NCBI GenBank assembly: GCA_013265495.1
Contig: MU058423.1
Coordinates: 5,872,745-5,936,744 of the forward strand
Origin: Vicugna vicugna
Lineage: Eukaryota
DNA length: 64,000 nucleotides
Direction of reading: 5' to 3'
In this document: positions 12,272-25,894 of the stretch, one piece after another
Layout of the letters: each line of letters begins with the position of its first letter
How positions within the stretch are numbered: position 1 is the first letter of the stretch
Notes under the pieces: generated by a model
What the model saw: only the letters and a program-made list of their open reading frames with translations
What the model was told of the DNA's origin: nothing
Databases searched by the model: none
Translations under genes and position numbers: made by a program

Positions 12272-15200
12272 GAGAGGATCAAGATGGCATTGTAGGACAA
12301 TGTAGAGTTCACCTCCTCAACAAATATGTCAAAAAAAATACACTAAATGTGGAATTATTCTGTAACCTGGCAGAAGATCTTTAATATAACCAAAGCTACA
12401 AGAGAGATCTCCACGTAATCAAGTAGGGTGAAAAAAAAAAAGGTACCAATACAGAACTGGCAGGGATCTGTGAGGGAGGGAAGGTCCACACAGGCAGGCC
12501 CTTACCCATGGGAGCCCCCTTGCCTGCTGAGAGGTCTGCTGGAACAGACAGAGCAGATGGAGGGACCTGGACTCTATTCACAAGGACTGCATGCAGGCTG
12601 TCCTACGAGCAATCAGGGTGGAGAAAGGCCTGCGCTGACTGCTGCCATCGCACAGTACTTCCCAGCCCTAAATGCAAGCCGAGTGGTGCTGCTAATACCT
12701 AGGGCACAAGAGCTAAACACTGAATCTCAGGGAGACAGGCCCTGGGAGAGGACTCATTTTAGATGCACAAAAATAGCCCTGAGCACCTGAGGTATGGTCC
12801 AGGCCCAGAGCCCACTGTCAGTAATCACCAGTGAGCCTGGCCTCTGAGCCCACTGTCAAGGCTTGTGCAGGGGGAATGAATCCAGCAGCTGTGGTCTTTG
12901 TTACCACACAAACAGAAATGAAGATACTGTGCAGACAGTCCCTTGGGAGGATAACAAGGTGATTCATTTCCCAGAGGCAGTGTGCTCTGGTTCTGCCCAT
13001 CTCACAGTGCAGCCTGAAGCCAGATCTGGGTAGACAGGTCCTGGGAGAGGCCTGCCATAGTGGCAGCCCAGTACCCAGGCAGTAGCACAACCACCTTGAT
13101 TCCTGCAGCCACACTGCCCTGGCCCCCAGGACCAGCCCACTCCACACCACAGCCTAGCACTAGGTCTGGGGTGAACACAGTGGAGAAAGGGATACAACTT
13201 TGGGCTGCTTCTAAGCTGAACTGCGGATGCCTGCATGGGAGGCTTATAGATTCACTGTGTCCACAGGAGCCTCATTTGTGTCAGTGCTCACCTCCTTTGG
13301 CACAGAGCACACACCCAAAGGCAGTGGAGCCTTATAGAATCCAAGCCTCAGGGCATCTACTCCAACAAATGCAAAGCAAACTCCAGCCTTGACAGGGCTG
13401 TGATAGTCACAGAGCTAAGAGGAGGCCCTGCTTAACATCCAGTGCAAGCTTAACTAAGAAACAGATATTTTAAACATACCAATCACTAAAGTGAAATGGA
13501 ATACGTAATATAAAAAAACTCTCCAGACAAAAGTATAGGACTGGATGGTTTCACTGGGGAATTCTACCAAATATACAAAGAACTTGTACATATCTTTCTT
13601 AAACTATTCCAAAAGATTGAAGCAGATGGAACACTCCCAAGTTCATTCTATGAAGCCACTGTCACTCTGATACCAAAAACAGAAAAGACATTACAAAAAT
13701 AGAAAATTACAGACTAATATCTTTGATGAATATAGATGCAAAAATCCTCAACAAAATATTAGCAAATGGAATTCAACAATACATGAAAAGAATCATACAC
13801 CATGATCAAGTTGGATTCATTCCAGGACCATGAAGAAGGTTCAACACATGCAAATCAATCAATGTGCTACACTAGAAAAGACAAAAACCACATGATCACT
13901 ACAATAGATGCAAAAAAAGCATTTGATAAAATTTAACATCCATTCATGACGAAAATTCTCACCAAGTGGGTATACAGAGAATACATCTAAACATAATATA
14001 AGCTATTTATGACAAACCCGCAGCCAGCATAACATACTCGATAATGAAAAACTGAAATCTCAGTACATTCAGGAACAGGAAAAGGATGCTCACTCTCACC
14101 GCTTTTATTCAACATAATTTTGGAAATCCTAGCCACAGCAATTAGACAAGAGAAAGAAATAAAAGTCACATGAATTCAGTAAGGTAGTAGGATACAAGAT
14201 TAATATACAGAAATCTCTTGCATTTCTTTACAATAACAGTAAAGTATCAGAAAGTAAAAAGAAAAAAAAAACTCATTTAAAATTGCATCCAAAAATACCC
14301 AGGAATAAACTTAATCAAGGAGCTGAATGGCATGAAAAATCATATTCACTGAAAACTATAAAACACTGATAAAGGAAGTTGAAGATAATTCAAAGAAATG
14401 GAAAGATATTCCATGTTTTTTTGATTGGAAGAATTAATATCATTAAAATGGTCATACTACCTAAACCAATCTACAGGTTTAATGTGATTCCTATCAAAAT
14501 ATCCATGTAATTTTCACAGAGCTAGAACAAATTATCCTAAAATTCATATGAAACCACAGATCCATATATCCAAGCAATCCTGAGGAAAAAAGACAAAACT
14601 GGAGGCATAACCCTTTCAGAATTCAGACAACACTACAAATCTATAGTAATCAAAACAGAGTGAAACTGGCACAAAAACAGACATATAGATAACTGAAACA
14701 GAAGAGAGAGCCCAGAAATAAAGCCACATACCTATGGTCAATTAATCTAAGATAAAGGAGGCAAGAACATACAATGTGGAAAAGACAGTCTCTTCAACAA
14801 GTGATGCTGGGAAAGCTGCATGTAAATCAATAAAATTAAAACACTCCCTCACACCATATTCAAAATAAACTCAAATGGTTTAAAGACCTAAATATAATAC
14901 ATGACACCATAAAACTAGAAGGGAATCTAGACAAAACATTCTCAGACATAAATCGTAGCAGTATTTTCTTAGATTAGTCTCCAAAGGAAAAACAAATAAA
15001 AGCAAAAATAAACAAATGGTACCTAATCAAACTTAAAACCTTTTGCACAGCAAATAAAACACAAACAAAATGAAAAGATAGCCTATGGAATGGGAGAAAA
15101 TATCTGCAAATGATGTGACTGACAAGCAGTTAATATCCAAAATAAACAAACAGCTCATACAACTCAGTAGCAAAAAACAAACAACCCAATCAAAAAATTG

Positions 15201-16061
15201 GACAGAAGACCTAAATAGGGATTTCTCCAAAGAGGACACACAGTTAGTTAATAGGCACATGAAAAGATCTCAACTTCACTAATTATTAGAGAAATGCAAA
15301 TCAAAACCACAATAAGGTATCACCTCACAGTGGTCCAAGTAGCTATAATTAAAAAGCCTACAAATAATAAATACTGGAGAAGGACTGAAGAAAGGTGAAC
15401 CCTCCTACGTTGTTGGTGAGAATGTAAATTGGTGCAGCCACTATGGAGAACTGTATGGAGGGTCCTTAAAAAACTAAAAATAGAGTTACCATATGATCTA
15501 GTAACCCTACTTGGGCATCTTTCCAGAAAAGATGAAAATTCTAATTGGAAAAGATATATGCACCCTAATGTTCATAATAGCACTATTTACAATAGCTAAG
15601 ACATGGAAACAGCCCAAGTGCCCTTCAACAGAAAACTGGTTTAAGAAGAAGTTGTGTATATATACAATGGAATAGTACTCTGCCATAAAAAAGAATGAAA
15701 TATTGCTTTTTCCAGCAACAGGGATGGACCTAGAGAATATCATAGTAAGTGAAGTAAGCCAGACAAAGAAAGGCAAATATCATATGATTCGCTTACATGT
15801 GGAATCTTAAAAAATGATAAAAATAAATTTATTTACAAAACAGAAGCAGATTCACAGGTAAAGAAAACAAATTTATAGTTACCAAAGGGGAATAGGGGGA
15901 GAAGGGATAAACATGAGTATAGGATTAATAGATACAAACTACTATACATAAAATAGATAAGCAACAAGGATTTACTCTATAGCACTGGGAACTATATTCA
16001 ATATCTTGGAATAATGTATAATGGAAATTAATCTGGAAAAAATAAATACATAACTGAAGAA
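12272..16061 (+). mobile_element. Internally deleted LINE-1 (5' UTR joined to mid-ORF2) bounded by a 17-bp TSD
   Basis: TSD agaaaaat[a/g]tacaacta at 12255-12271 and 16062-16078. GC-rich 5' UTR 12272-~13450, then ORF2 RT motifs (atgaatatagatgcaaaaatcctcaacaaaata) and the ORF2 C-terminus (MEWEKISAND...NWTEDLNRDFSKED), then a 3' UTR. Confidence 0.95.
12280..12288 (+). promoter_or_regulatory. YY1-type motif at the L1 5' end
   Basis: caagatggc ~9 nt inside the L1 start, the position of the YY1 site in mammalian L1 promoters. The sister copy has caagatggtg at 42841-42850. Confidence 0.55.
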
Positions 16062-17859
16062 AGAAAAATGTACAACTAAATTATATATTAATATTATATA
16101 TTTAGGCATATAGTTTCCCTATAAATTTCTGAACATGAATTGAGTGCAATCTATTAAAAAGTGAATGTTCCCGCTAAAATCATTTATCAGTATATTTATG
16201 AAACTAGCTATAATCTACCCATAAATTATTTTTTTATAATAAACCAGCTGAAGAGACTAATTCTGCTTGGATGCAGTAAAAATAAGGAACTGTGTATTTC
16301 GAAATTTCTCTTGTAAGAAAGAACATTATTTAAAATATGTAAATATTGATTAAAATATTAATTATAATATTTTAATTTTAAAATATCAGTATAGTAACAT
16401 TCCAGTGTGTATTTGCCATTGCATACAATTAGATATGCCTAATTTTTAATTACAGAAGTAAATTGAAAATCAATTTTAAAAAGAAAAATAAAACAACTAA
16501 TTAGAAAACAAAAGAGCAAACTGAAACTTGGTGATACCTCCAAATCCGGTAGCCCATTTTGTTATCTTAACCAAGAACTGTGACTGTGATATACTGTATT
16601 TCAGGGTTTTGTTGGGTTATTCCATTCAGCTGTTGAGAAAGAGATCAATTTATCAGACTTCTCTATTTCCTCTAAACTGTATCAGCTGAAATTTGCCCTC
16701 ACCATTTCTATCACACCACACTAATAAAACCTAGTAGCAGGGCATCAAGATTGTACCTTTCAAAGCTTTTATCTATTAATTCTCTTTCCCAAATCAGTGA
16801 CATGATCCAGATGACTATTACAGAATACCAATCTTGTTAGGCAGACTTCCACTGGCACGCAAACAAATTATAAGCCTTTTCACACTTCCTCAATGCCTCC
16901 CACAATCTGAATATTGAAGATTTTCAGAAACATAAAAACAAAACCAAAAGTAACTTCTGTAAATTCAAGTGATTTTATTAGGTTAGAGAAGGTGGATAAC
17001 CTGGATTTTGAATAATTAGAGTTTATACTTCCATATTTCTCACACATATATTATTACTTTAAATCACAACATTATGGAATACATGTTTTAAAATTATTCC
17101 ATATTGGACTCAATTTTAAGAACAATTACTATTCAAAAATTTATTCCTTACATTTTTGTAATCTAACTGATTAATACATTTAATACAGCTAATATACACT
17201 TTTAATCTAATTAATTACAATTAGATAAAACCAAAGTACAAATAGTAATAATTTTAATGTATTAGTAAATAGGTTTTAAGTACATTAATTGTGCTTACTT
17301 ACAATACTAGTGATTTCTAAGGTATTTGCGAAATGCCATAAATTGTAAGCTCACAGTGTTTGTGTATACATATGTGTAAGAGAAAAACAAGGAAAGCCCA
17401 ATTACAATTTTGACTATTTAAGAACTATATAGTCTTCTAATATTTTCCAAGTTGTACTTTAAGTGTTATTACAAGCTAAAGTACATGAGGGCAATATTCA
17501 TTTACGAATACACGACAAGAATTTTTTCTTTTAATCAAAGAATTCTTTGTGCGAAAAAATTTGAGATTGCAAAATAGAGTGCATAGTTCCACTTAGCATG
17601 AAAGTACTGGATTTACATCTTTTGTAAGTCATAATATTCATAGTATTCTATGGTGGGTAAGGATAACACAGTTATCTTTCTCCTTTCACTGCCACAAACT
17701 TTCATGCACCAAAAATGTGTAAAATAAAAAAATCTAGCCCTTATGGTCTTTCAAAACCTATGAAGAGCTTGGGAAATCCCTCTAATTTCATTCAGTATGA
17801 GGCTTGTCAACTTCTGTCAATTACCACAGTGGTTTCCATCTAACAGAAACAGGTTAAAT

Positions 17860-20350
17860 TTTGAAATCTCTGATTATAATTGTAGATGTGCTTAGTACAT
17901 TATTTTGAATACATTTTATTAGATGTGCTGATATTTTAAATTATGTACTTTTGATAAATTGACACTTTAAGAAATGACTTCCCATATCTCTGACAACATT
18001 CTTTGTTCTGAAATATTCTTGGTCTGGTATTATTAATACAGCCATTCTGGTTTTCTTTGATTAGTGCTAGTAATATGTATCTCTTTTTATTATTATTTTA
18101 CTTTTCACCTACTGGAGTCTTATACTTAAATTGTGTTTCTTAGAGGAAACATAGAGTTGTGTCTTGCTTTTATATATAATGTGACAAGCACCACTTTTAT
18201 TTGGTTCATTTAGACTATTTTTGTTCAGTTTTTCATTGATAATGTTTAGGTCTTGTTTTCTATTTGTACCATTTGTGCATTCTTTTAAATTATTTGAATT
18301 TTTGTGATTCTGTATTAGTTTCATATTGCCGCTGTAACAAACTACTACAAACTTAGTGGGCTAAAAGAGCACAAATTTATTATCTTACAGTTCTGGAGGT
18401 CACAGTTTGAAAATGGGTCACACTAGGTTGAAATATGTGTTTCCAGGGCTTTGTTCTTTTATGGATGCTCCAGGGCAGAAACAATTTTCTTGCCTTATCC
18501 AACTTCTGGAGTTACCCACATTTGTTGGCTCATAGTCCCCTTCTACCTTCAAAGCCAGTAATGGCCAGTTGAATTTTTCTCACATCATATGACTCTTTGT
18601 AATTGACTCTATTTCTCCGTCTTCCACATTTCAGGAATCGTTTGATTACACTGGGTCACACAGATAATCTAGAATAATTACCCTATCTTAAATACAGCTG
18701 ATTAGCAGCTTATCATCAGCCTCTTTAATTTCCCTTTGCCATGTAATGTAACATATACACAGGTTCATGGGTTTAGAACATCTTAGGGAGGCTAGTCCTC
18801 TGCTTATCAGATCCCACTGTATCTTCTTTTCTGGCTTATTGGCTAAAACTACTTGTTTTGTTACACAGCAGACATTTGGTTTTTTATTTTTAACTAATAG
18901 TCTACCATAAAGTGATATAATACCACTATCGAAACAGCATGATACACTTATGATGGGAGAATTCAATTTATCTCATTCTGAGTTTGTCTTATTTCTTTTT
19001 ACTTTTCCGTCTGTTATAAACCCAACACTATATTATTAATTTTTATTTAGCTTGTTAATTATCTTTTAAAGAGATATAAATAATGAGAGTAATTCCTCTG
19101 TGTAGATTTATACTTCCATCTGGTAAAATTTTATTTCTGACTGAAGAACTTCCTTCAGTATATCTTACGGCATGTCTCAGCTAGTAAATTCTTTCAGCTT
19201 TTGTATGTCTGAAAAATCTTTAATTTTGTCTTAATTTTTATAAGATATTGAACTGATTATAGAATTCTGGGGTAAAAGTTTTCTTTCTTGCTTCCTGATT
19301 ATTTATTTCCTTTCACTGCTGTATAGATGTTGTTCTACTTTCTCAGACTTGAGTTGTTTTAGATAAAAAATATATTGCTGTCTTTAGGTTTCCTCTGTCC
19401 CTAATATGTCTTTTTACTCTGGATTTTTCAAGATTTCCTTTTTATTACTGGTTTTCAGCAATTTTATTATGATGTTCCTTGGTGTAGTTTTGATTATATT
19501 TCTTATGCTTTGGGTATGTTGAGTTGCTAGTATTTTGTGGTTGATACTTTTCTTCAAATTCGGAAACATTTGACATGTTAAAAGATTTGTTTTTTTCTCT
19601 TCTCCCTTTTTCTCATCTTTTCTCTTCTGCAGACTCTTAATTACATGCATAGTAGCTTAATTACATGTATAGTAGCACAGCTTACTGATGCTCTGTTTAT
19701 TTCTTTTATGACTCTATATTTTGTTTTTATTATATATAATATTATGAAATTGCTATTCTTTAAGTTTACTAATATTTTCTTCCATAATGAGTAACTTCCA
19801 CCCTGTATATTTTCCAGCATTATAGTTTACACCTCTAAAAGTTTGATTTGCTTTCTCTTCCTAAATTGTGAACTAGAGAATACACTTATAGTAGCTTTTA
19901 AAATGTTCAAGCCTGCTAATTCTAACATCTATGCCAGTTTTGAGTGATTTTCAGTTGATTTTTCTATTCCTTAACAGTTGTAGTTCCTTGTTTCTTTGTA
20001 TGCTTAGTAATTTTTGCTTAAGTGCCAGACATTGTGTATTTTACCTTTTTACATTCTATATATTGATGTATTCCTATAACTATTCTTTAACTTTGCTCTG
20101 GAATGCACTTCAGTTACTTAGAAAAAAGTTTAATTTGGAGGTGAAGGAACTTTAAAGGAACAGAGTAGTGTTTAGTCCAGGATTAATTATGCCTCACTAT
20201 GAAGTTAAGATCCTTCTGAGTATCTACTAAATGCCCCATGAATTAGGAGAAATCCAACGTAGCTACTGAGAACAGACACTATTCTTCATCCAGTGTGTGT
20301 GTCAACCATTTTTATTTCTAATTTGTACAGGTGGTTGCTCTCCAGCCTAG
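17860..20350 (-). mobile_element. Old L1 (L1MC/MD-like) 5' UTR, ORF1 and ORF2 start, split by MLT1
   Basis: Minus ORF 19414-19650 (FPNLKKSINHKI...KTTPRNIIIKLLKT) is L1 ORF1-like. Antisense EN-region sequence at 17860-18310. Confidence 0.8.
18311..18810 (-). mobile_element. MaLR solo LTR (MLT1D-like)
   Basis: tgtattagtttc..gctgtaacaaactactacaaacttagtgg, cttacagttctggaggtc, cagctgattagcagc and ccctttgccatgtaatgtaacat. Confidence 0.88.
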
Positions 20351-22399
20351 GGAAAACATATGTATTGATTTACCCTTAATTTGGGTCATATAATGTCAAT
20401 CTCATTTTTATCTATACTCTTAAGCCACTGTGCCCTAGTTCAATAAAGTATAGGTTGATTTAAAAAAAAATTTGTAAAAATAGAAACAAATATGGACAGA
20501 AGCTGCCACTAACACATGATCCGTTTCCAAAATATAAAAATTAATGATTCCACAAACATTACGTAGGAAAAATCTAGCCATTATATTAAAAGTATTCATT
20601 ATTATGACACTGTATATTAAAATAAATTTTAAAATAAAACATATCTTGACTAACCACAATACTTTAATTGAATGTGAAATGTGAGAACTGCTTTGTTTCC
20701 ATTCCATAAAATATTTATACCTATGATTATTACAGCTCACTTTAATTCATTACTTGTACATTTTTATTCTAAAGATTAACTTAAAGTACATTATTATTAT
20801 TAATATATAATTAACACATTATACTTAAAGATAATCTTTAGGATTGAAAATTAACACAAGAAAATATTAGTAGAAATGGTGGCTGTCTCTAAATAATGTA
20901 TGCATTTTACCAATAAAAGCTACAACAAAATGCTCCTAAGAGAAAACTTTAAATATTTTCCTTTCGTGGAGAACTCATTATATAATTTTGTGTATTCGGA
21001 GTACTCTGCTTACATAATACTAATGACTTCTTCTTTTTGGTTCAGATGTGCAATTCTTTAATCCCATTTATACAATGTTATTATAGCTTTTATTCTACTT
21101 TCTTCTTTTGTATTTACACATTAAGTAAGGTCTGTTTTCATAGGGCTATAAAGATAATTTTAAGTATTTTCTTTTCAAATTGATTTTTACCTAAGCTATT
21201 TTTTATTTAATAAGGTTATAAAATCATACTAATAACATATTAACCAGCCAGGCCTGTATATACATATTAACGTTGTTTCTAGCCAAGGTCAAATAAATTT
21301 AAAGAATGCAGACCTAAACATAGCTGAATAATAATCATCCACTGCACTGTGATGTATCTTCAGATAATAATTTTACAAGTTAACAATAAATGCTTCCCCA
21401 CTCTTTTTGTTTGTTTGTTTCTTTGCAGTAACTCTGTGCTACTAGAGTATTTATAAAATCTATCCTGAAGCTAAACCACCAAGGAGATTACACCATTCTT
21501 ACTGCACTTTCTTTTAAATGATAATTATGAGACAGCATCACCTAGCAGTAACAGAGGACAATTAACATCCTATGGTTTTCTACAATGCTTCCTGTAACTC
21601 AACTTAATCTGTCATTCTTATTGCGTCCTCTGTATAGGAACAGATACATATTTTTTTTCTCCTATTATCTGGCAGTGATATGGTTATACTGAGTAGATTA
21701 CAAATAAAATGTATGTACCATAAAAAAAGTGATTTTGTATATTTTTGTTCTATAAAAAAATAAAATTATGCCTGAGATATCTGAAAATGTTCATATACCT
21801 ATAAAATACAACATCTAGAGTAGTTTTAGAAAGTGTATCAGTCTTAAAATGTAATATGTTAAGTCATATCAAAAGAATTAATCTATAATGTAATGGGCTC
21901 CATAATGGAAACTGAGAGTGAAGACAGAAGCAATTAAAATTCCATTCCCCAAAATGCAACACTCAGTTGAAAGATCGCATCATTTTTTTGGATCTAAATA
22001 TATTCATCACCTTTCTTATCCAAGTTCTCTTGGTTCAAGTTTTATCTGGAGAAGTTTTCAAGGCAGGAATAAATATCTTTTAAAAATTTTGTCTAGTTTC
22101 CATTTGCCTTTTTATAAGCCATATTTTCTAATTAAAAACAAAATATAAGGGCATAATTTACCTTATTCTTTCTCTTCATTATATATTCTTTAACTCTGCA
22201 AAGCTAAGAGCATGGAACGTATTGTTAGATTCAATTGGATAAAAATATTTCTGACATCAAAGCTTTAAAATTAAAAAAAAGGCAATCAAACAAATAAAAA
22301 GGAATAAAAGATAGTGGGAAAGGACATGAAAGCACACTGTAAATGTCAGTAAAACTTTGGAAAGCATAAAGAAGACAGACAAATGAAATGACTTAGCAT

Positions 22400-23040
22400 A
22401 TCCAATTTTTTTTAAATTTTAAATGAAAATTAACTGCCAGTACAATGGAAATAAAAACCAGTGTTCCAGAGAAAACCCTGAAAAGGACAGGAGGTTTGGG
22501 TAATTTTTAAATCTGAATATTAAAATCTTCAAAAAAAAAAAAGAGGACTGATTAAATATCTGGCTAAGGAGAAAGATAATCCCCAGATCCCCTCTTCCAG
22601 CCATATCAACAATTGACTGACTGTGCCCCCTAAATGTCAGCAGAAATAAATAATAAAGCTCTGCTACTCAAAGATACAAATACTAGATGTGAATACTAGA
22701 AACAGGTGAGAATGATGGTGAGGTGCCTTATTAATAATGGATAGTTTAAGCAAAAATTTTCACAGTGTATTTTGACCCTCCAAGTTCTCTCTTTTGGATT
22801 TCCCTCAGAAAAATAAAATCCAAATTTACATTCTCCCAGACAGGGAAGTGAGAATCCCTTTCTGAGGAAACTAATCTGGACAAGAGAAAAATAAAACAAA
22901 TTAAAACAACTATACTAATTTTAGTGGATTCTCCAATGAAAGACCCAGTTTCCTAACCTACCAGTCTCTTTGGTAAAGATCATCAATGCCCAGAGAGCTT
23001 CCAAATAGCTTTTAGTATTGAATTCATAAATACTCCAAGG

Positions 23041-23130
<90 letters not shown>

Positions 23131-23560
23131 AAAAGAAAAGGAAAAAAAAGTTTAGGCCAAAACAATTAAAAACAAATAACTAAGAGGAAAAAACTAAAGA
23201 GAGCAGATACATAGTTAAAATGTATTTTCATTCTGCAAGATTACAAAATCACAAAAACTTGGTTCCTGTGCAATTTTTACCACAAAATGATAACCTCAGA
23301 TAACCACAAAATGATTTGTTGGAACAAAACAGGAAACTAAGTTATTCAAGAAGACATAAGCAATTTAGAAAGACATGAGTTTTTGGAAAAACAAATCCAG
23401 CCCAAGAAAGGAAAGAAAGATATTTCCAAAGGAAAGAAAGACTCTCCCAGCCATTTAAAATCATATAGAGCAGTCTCAAAAAACACTTTGTCGAGACTGA
23501 AAAGATGATAAAGGAATGCTAGAGGATGCTAGGGAGAGAAAAATGAAATTAGTATGTTAC
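22400..23560 (+). mobile_element. HAL1-like (half-L1) or old L1 5' remnant, interrupted by a poly(A) tract
   Basis: ctccaatgaaagacccag..cagagagcttccaaatagcttttagt resembles the recalled HAL1 consensus; A-rich ORF1-like continuation follows. Confidence 0.5.
23041..23149 (+). repeat. 109-nt poly(A)-rich tract (A52-G-A35-G-...)
   Basis: Counted directly. Confidence 0.95.
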
Positions 23561-23820
23561 TTGAGGAATATTACCTTGTTAGAAGATTTTTATTACTTTT
23601 AAAGTTTGTGGATGACTAAGTGTTAGGTACATAAAAATAAAAAAATTGAGAGAATTATTATTATATCTAGGGAAATAAAAATATTTTCTATGAAACAAAA
23701 TGTCATTCTACACCGCTCATCTGTGGGAAAAACATTTTCACAAGTAAAGTGATGTAAAAGCAGAATGTGGATATAACAAAAATGGTTGATATAACTACAC
23801 TATGAGAATGAAAGCAAAAA

Positions 23821-24496
23821 TGTAATTAACTGAACATGACCCTACGGGGCCTTCCTGTGACAGACCCCCTTCTCCCCATGTCCTCTGTCTGCCTCCTGTT
23901 TGTAGAAAAACTGTAATCTTCCAGGTCTCCCCTGAATCACAAAAGCCTAGCTCAAGAATTAATGATTGTAAAGGATAAGAACATGTAATGATAAAAGTAG
24001 CAGTTGGGCCAAGAGAACCGATAACAGTTTCAACAGTAAATCAGCCATATGGCAGTCACAGAATCTCTAGTTCCTCCATCAGGTAACTAGATAACACTAT
24101 CTGATGCACATTTCTGAACTGTTTTACAGATACAAAAGCCCCCACCAAATGGAAGAAGTTAACTACAAGATGCCCATGACCACAGAGCTGCCAGACTGAC
24201 GGGAGCTTGAGGATTGATAATGTTATCCACTGTGACACTGTTCTGTTGCCTTACCATCAACCAATAAGAGAACTGTGCATAAGTTGATCACATACCCTGC
24301 AAATCCCCTCTCTCGACTTGCCTCTAAAAATGCTCCCCTAAAACCCGTCAGGGAGTTCAGGTTTTTATAAGCATGAGCTGCCTCGACTCCTTGTATGGTG
24401 CCTACAATAAATGCTGTACTTTCCAACACCACAACCCAGAGTCAGTAGACTGCCTTTACTGTGTGAGCAAGCGGATCCAAGTTTCGTAGGGTAACA
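23821..24496 (+). mobile_element. ERV solo LTR, probably class I (ERV1)
   Basis: TGTAA...TAACA termini, CCAAT (accaataag), TATA-like ctctaaaaa, AATAAA at ~24406 and U5 ggatccaagtttcg. No clean TSD (aaaa vs gaag). Confidence 0.8.
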
Positions 24497-25894
24497 GAAG
24501 GTTATGCATGTTTGTATTGGGTGCTGCTACAAGAGAGAACTGCCACCAGTTCAACCATCAGTGATTTCACCATTTATATCATATCCCACATCTAAACCAA
24601 TAAAAAGTTCTGTGAACTCTCCCAAAATTTTCAAGTCCAATTAACTATCACCTCCTGTATTGGGGCAAAATAGTTGTGCTATCTTTCCAGCCTCTTAAGG
24701 TAGATAATATAGATATATCTTAAATTAGAAAGACTTCTTACAGTTCCTCAGCAGGGGACTGCCTGCCTGCATTCTTTGTTATAGATGCCTGAGGAAAAGG
24801 AGAAATTTTCATCATCTGGCATTTGTTAGGAAACGGCAACAATATACTGAAATACAATCAACTGGCAAATAAAAATGATAAGCCACTTAAAAGTGACAAC
24901 TTTCAGACAGACAGGAAGATAAAAACTCATTTCCAATGAAAGAAAACTACTGGGAGACAAAGACGAAAATCAAATTTTAAACAGCAAAAGAGGAAAATTA
25001 AAAATACAAATTAATTTTAATAACTGAGAACTTGAGTTTTATTATTTAACAATTCAGTAGATAAAATAAAGTAGAATATAGTTACAGTAGATTCTATAAG
25101 TACTGACCACAAAAATCAAAAGCAAGAAATACCTTGGTTTAAAAAGTAAAAATACTAATAGGTTTAAAACTATAACTGAATTGGGACCCGTGGGTTGAAG
25201 TCTTTTCCTCTCAGTAGGTTAAGGATGCTACACCATTGCCTTGTAGCTTCAGTGCAGGAAACAGTATTCTCAGAAGAAAAACTTCAGGATATAAAATAAT
25301 ATGGAAGAAAAAGGTTGAGTTGGTTTTCTGCCTTTTCTTAGCTTCAGAAATGTCTGCAGATTTGATCTTTGGTCAAAGCCTCTTTCAATATTAAAACCAA
25401 GGTATTTAGGGGTTTATCTATACCAGATACACGATAGATGAAAATATACCTGAAATTATGTACCAAACTCATTAAGATTGAGTGAAGGATAACTTGTGTT
25501 GACGAAATACAGGTGTCTCAGAGAATGGGGGCTAATAACACTTCTGAAGGAGCTGAGTGAGTCACATGAATGACAGCAAGTTATATGCACCTGAGGGAAC
25601 TGTGTGACTAGGTATATATGCTTAAATAACTCCCTACATTAAAGATTTCACTGAGTGGAGGTAGCCACATACATCTGTATCATCTTGTGATCAAGAAAAG
25701 ATTGAGGGGAAAATGCTGTTTCCTGGAGTCATGATGTATCAGTTATTCTGATACAATGATGCTGTGTTATTTCTTAACCTGCACTCTTTTTCAAATCTAG
25801 GTAAAATTGAAGTTCATAAGTTTAAATATTAACTCATTCCCAAAGAACTCTACTAACAGAGTGACGCTTTAGAATAGGACATTAATCTTAATAA

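Noticed and set aside
19637..19676. 20-bp tandem duplication ttaattacatg[c/t]atagtagc
   Set aside because: An ordinary slippage duplication within an L1 relic.
22983..23165. Poly-Phe ORF
   Set aside because: It is only the translation of the poly(A) tract.
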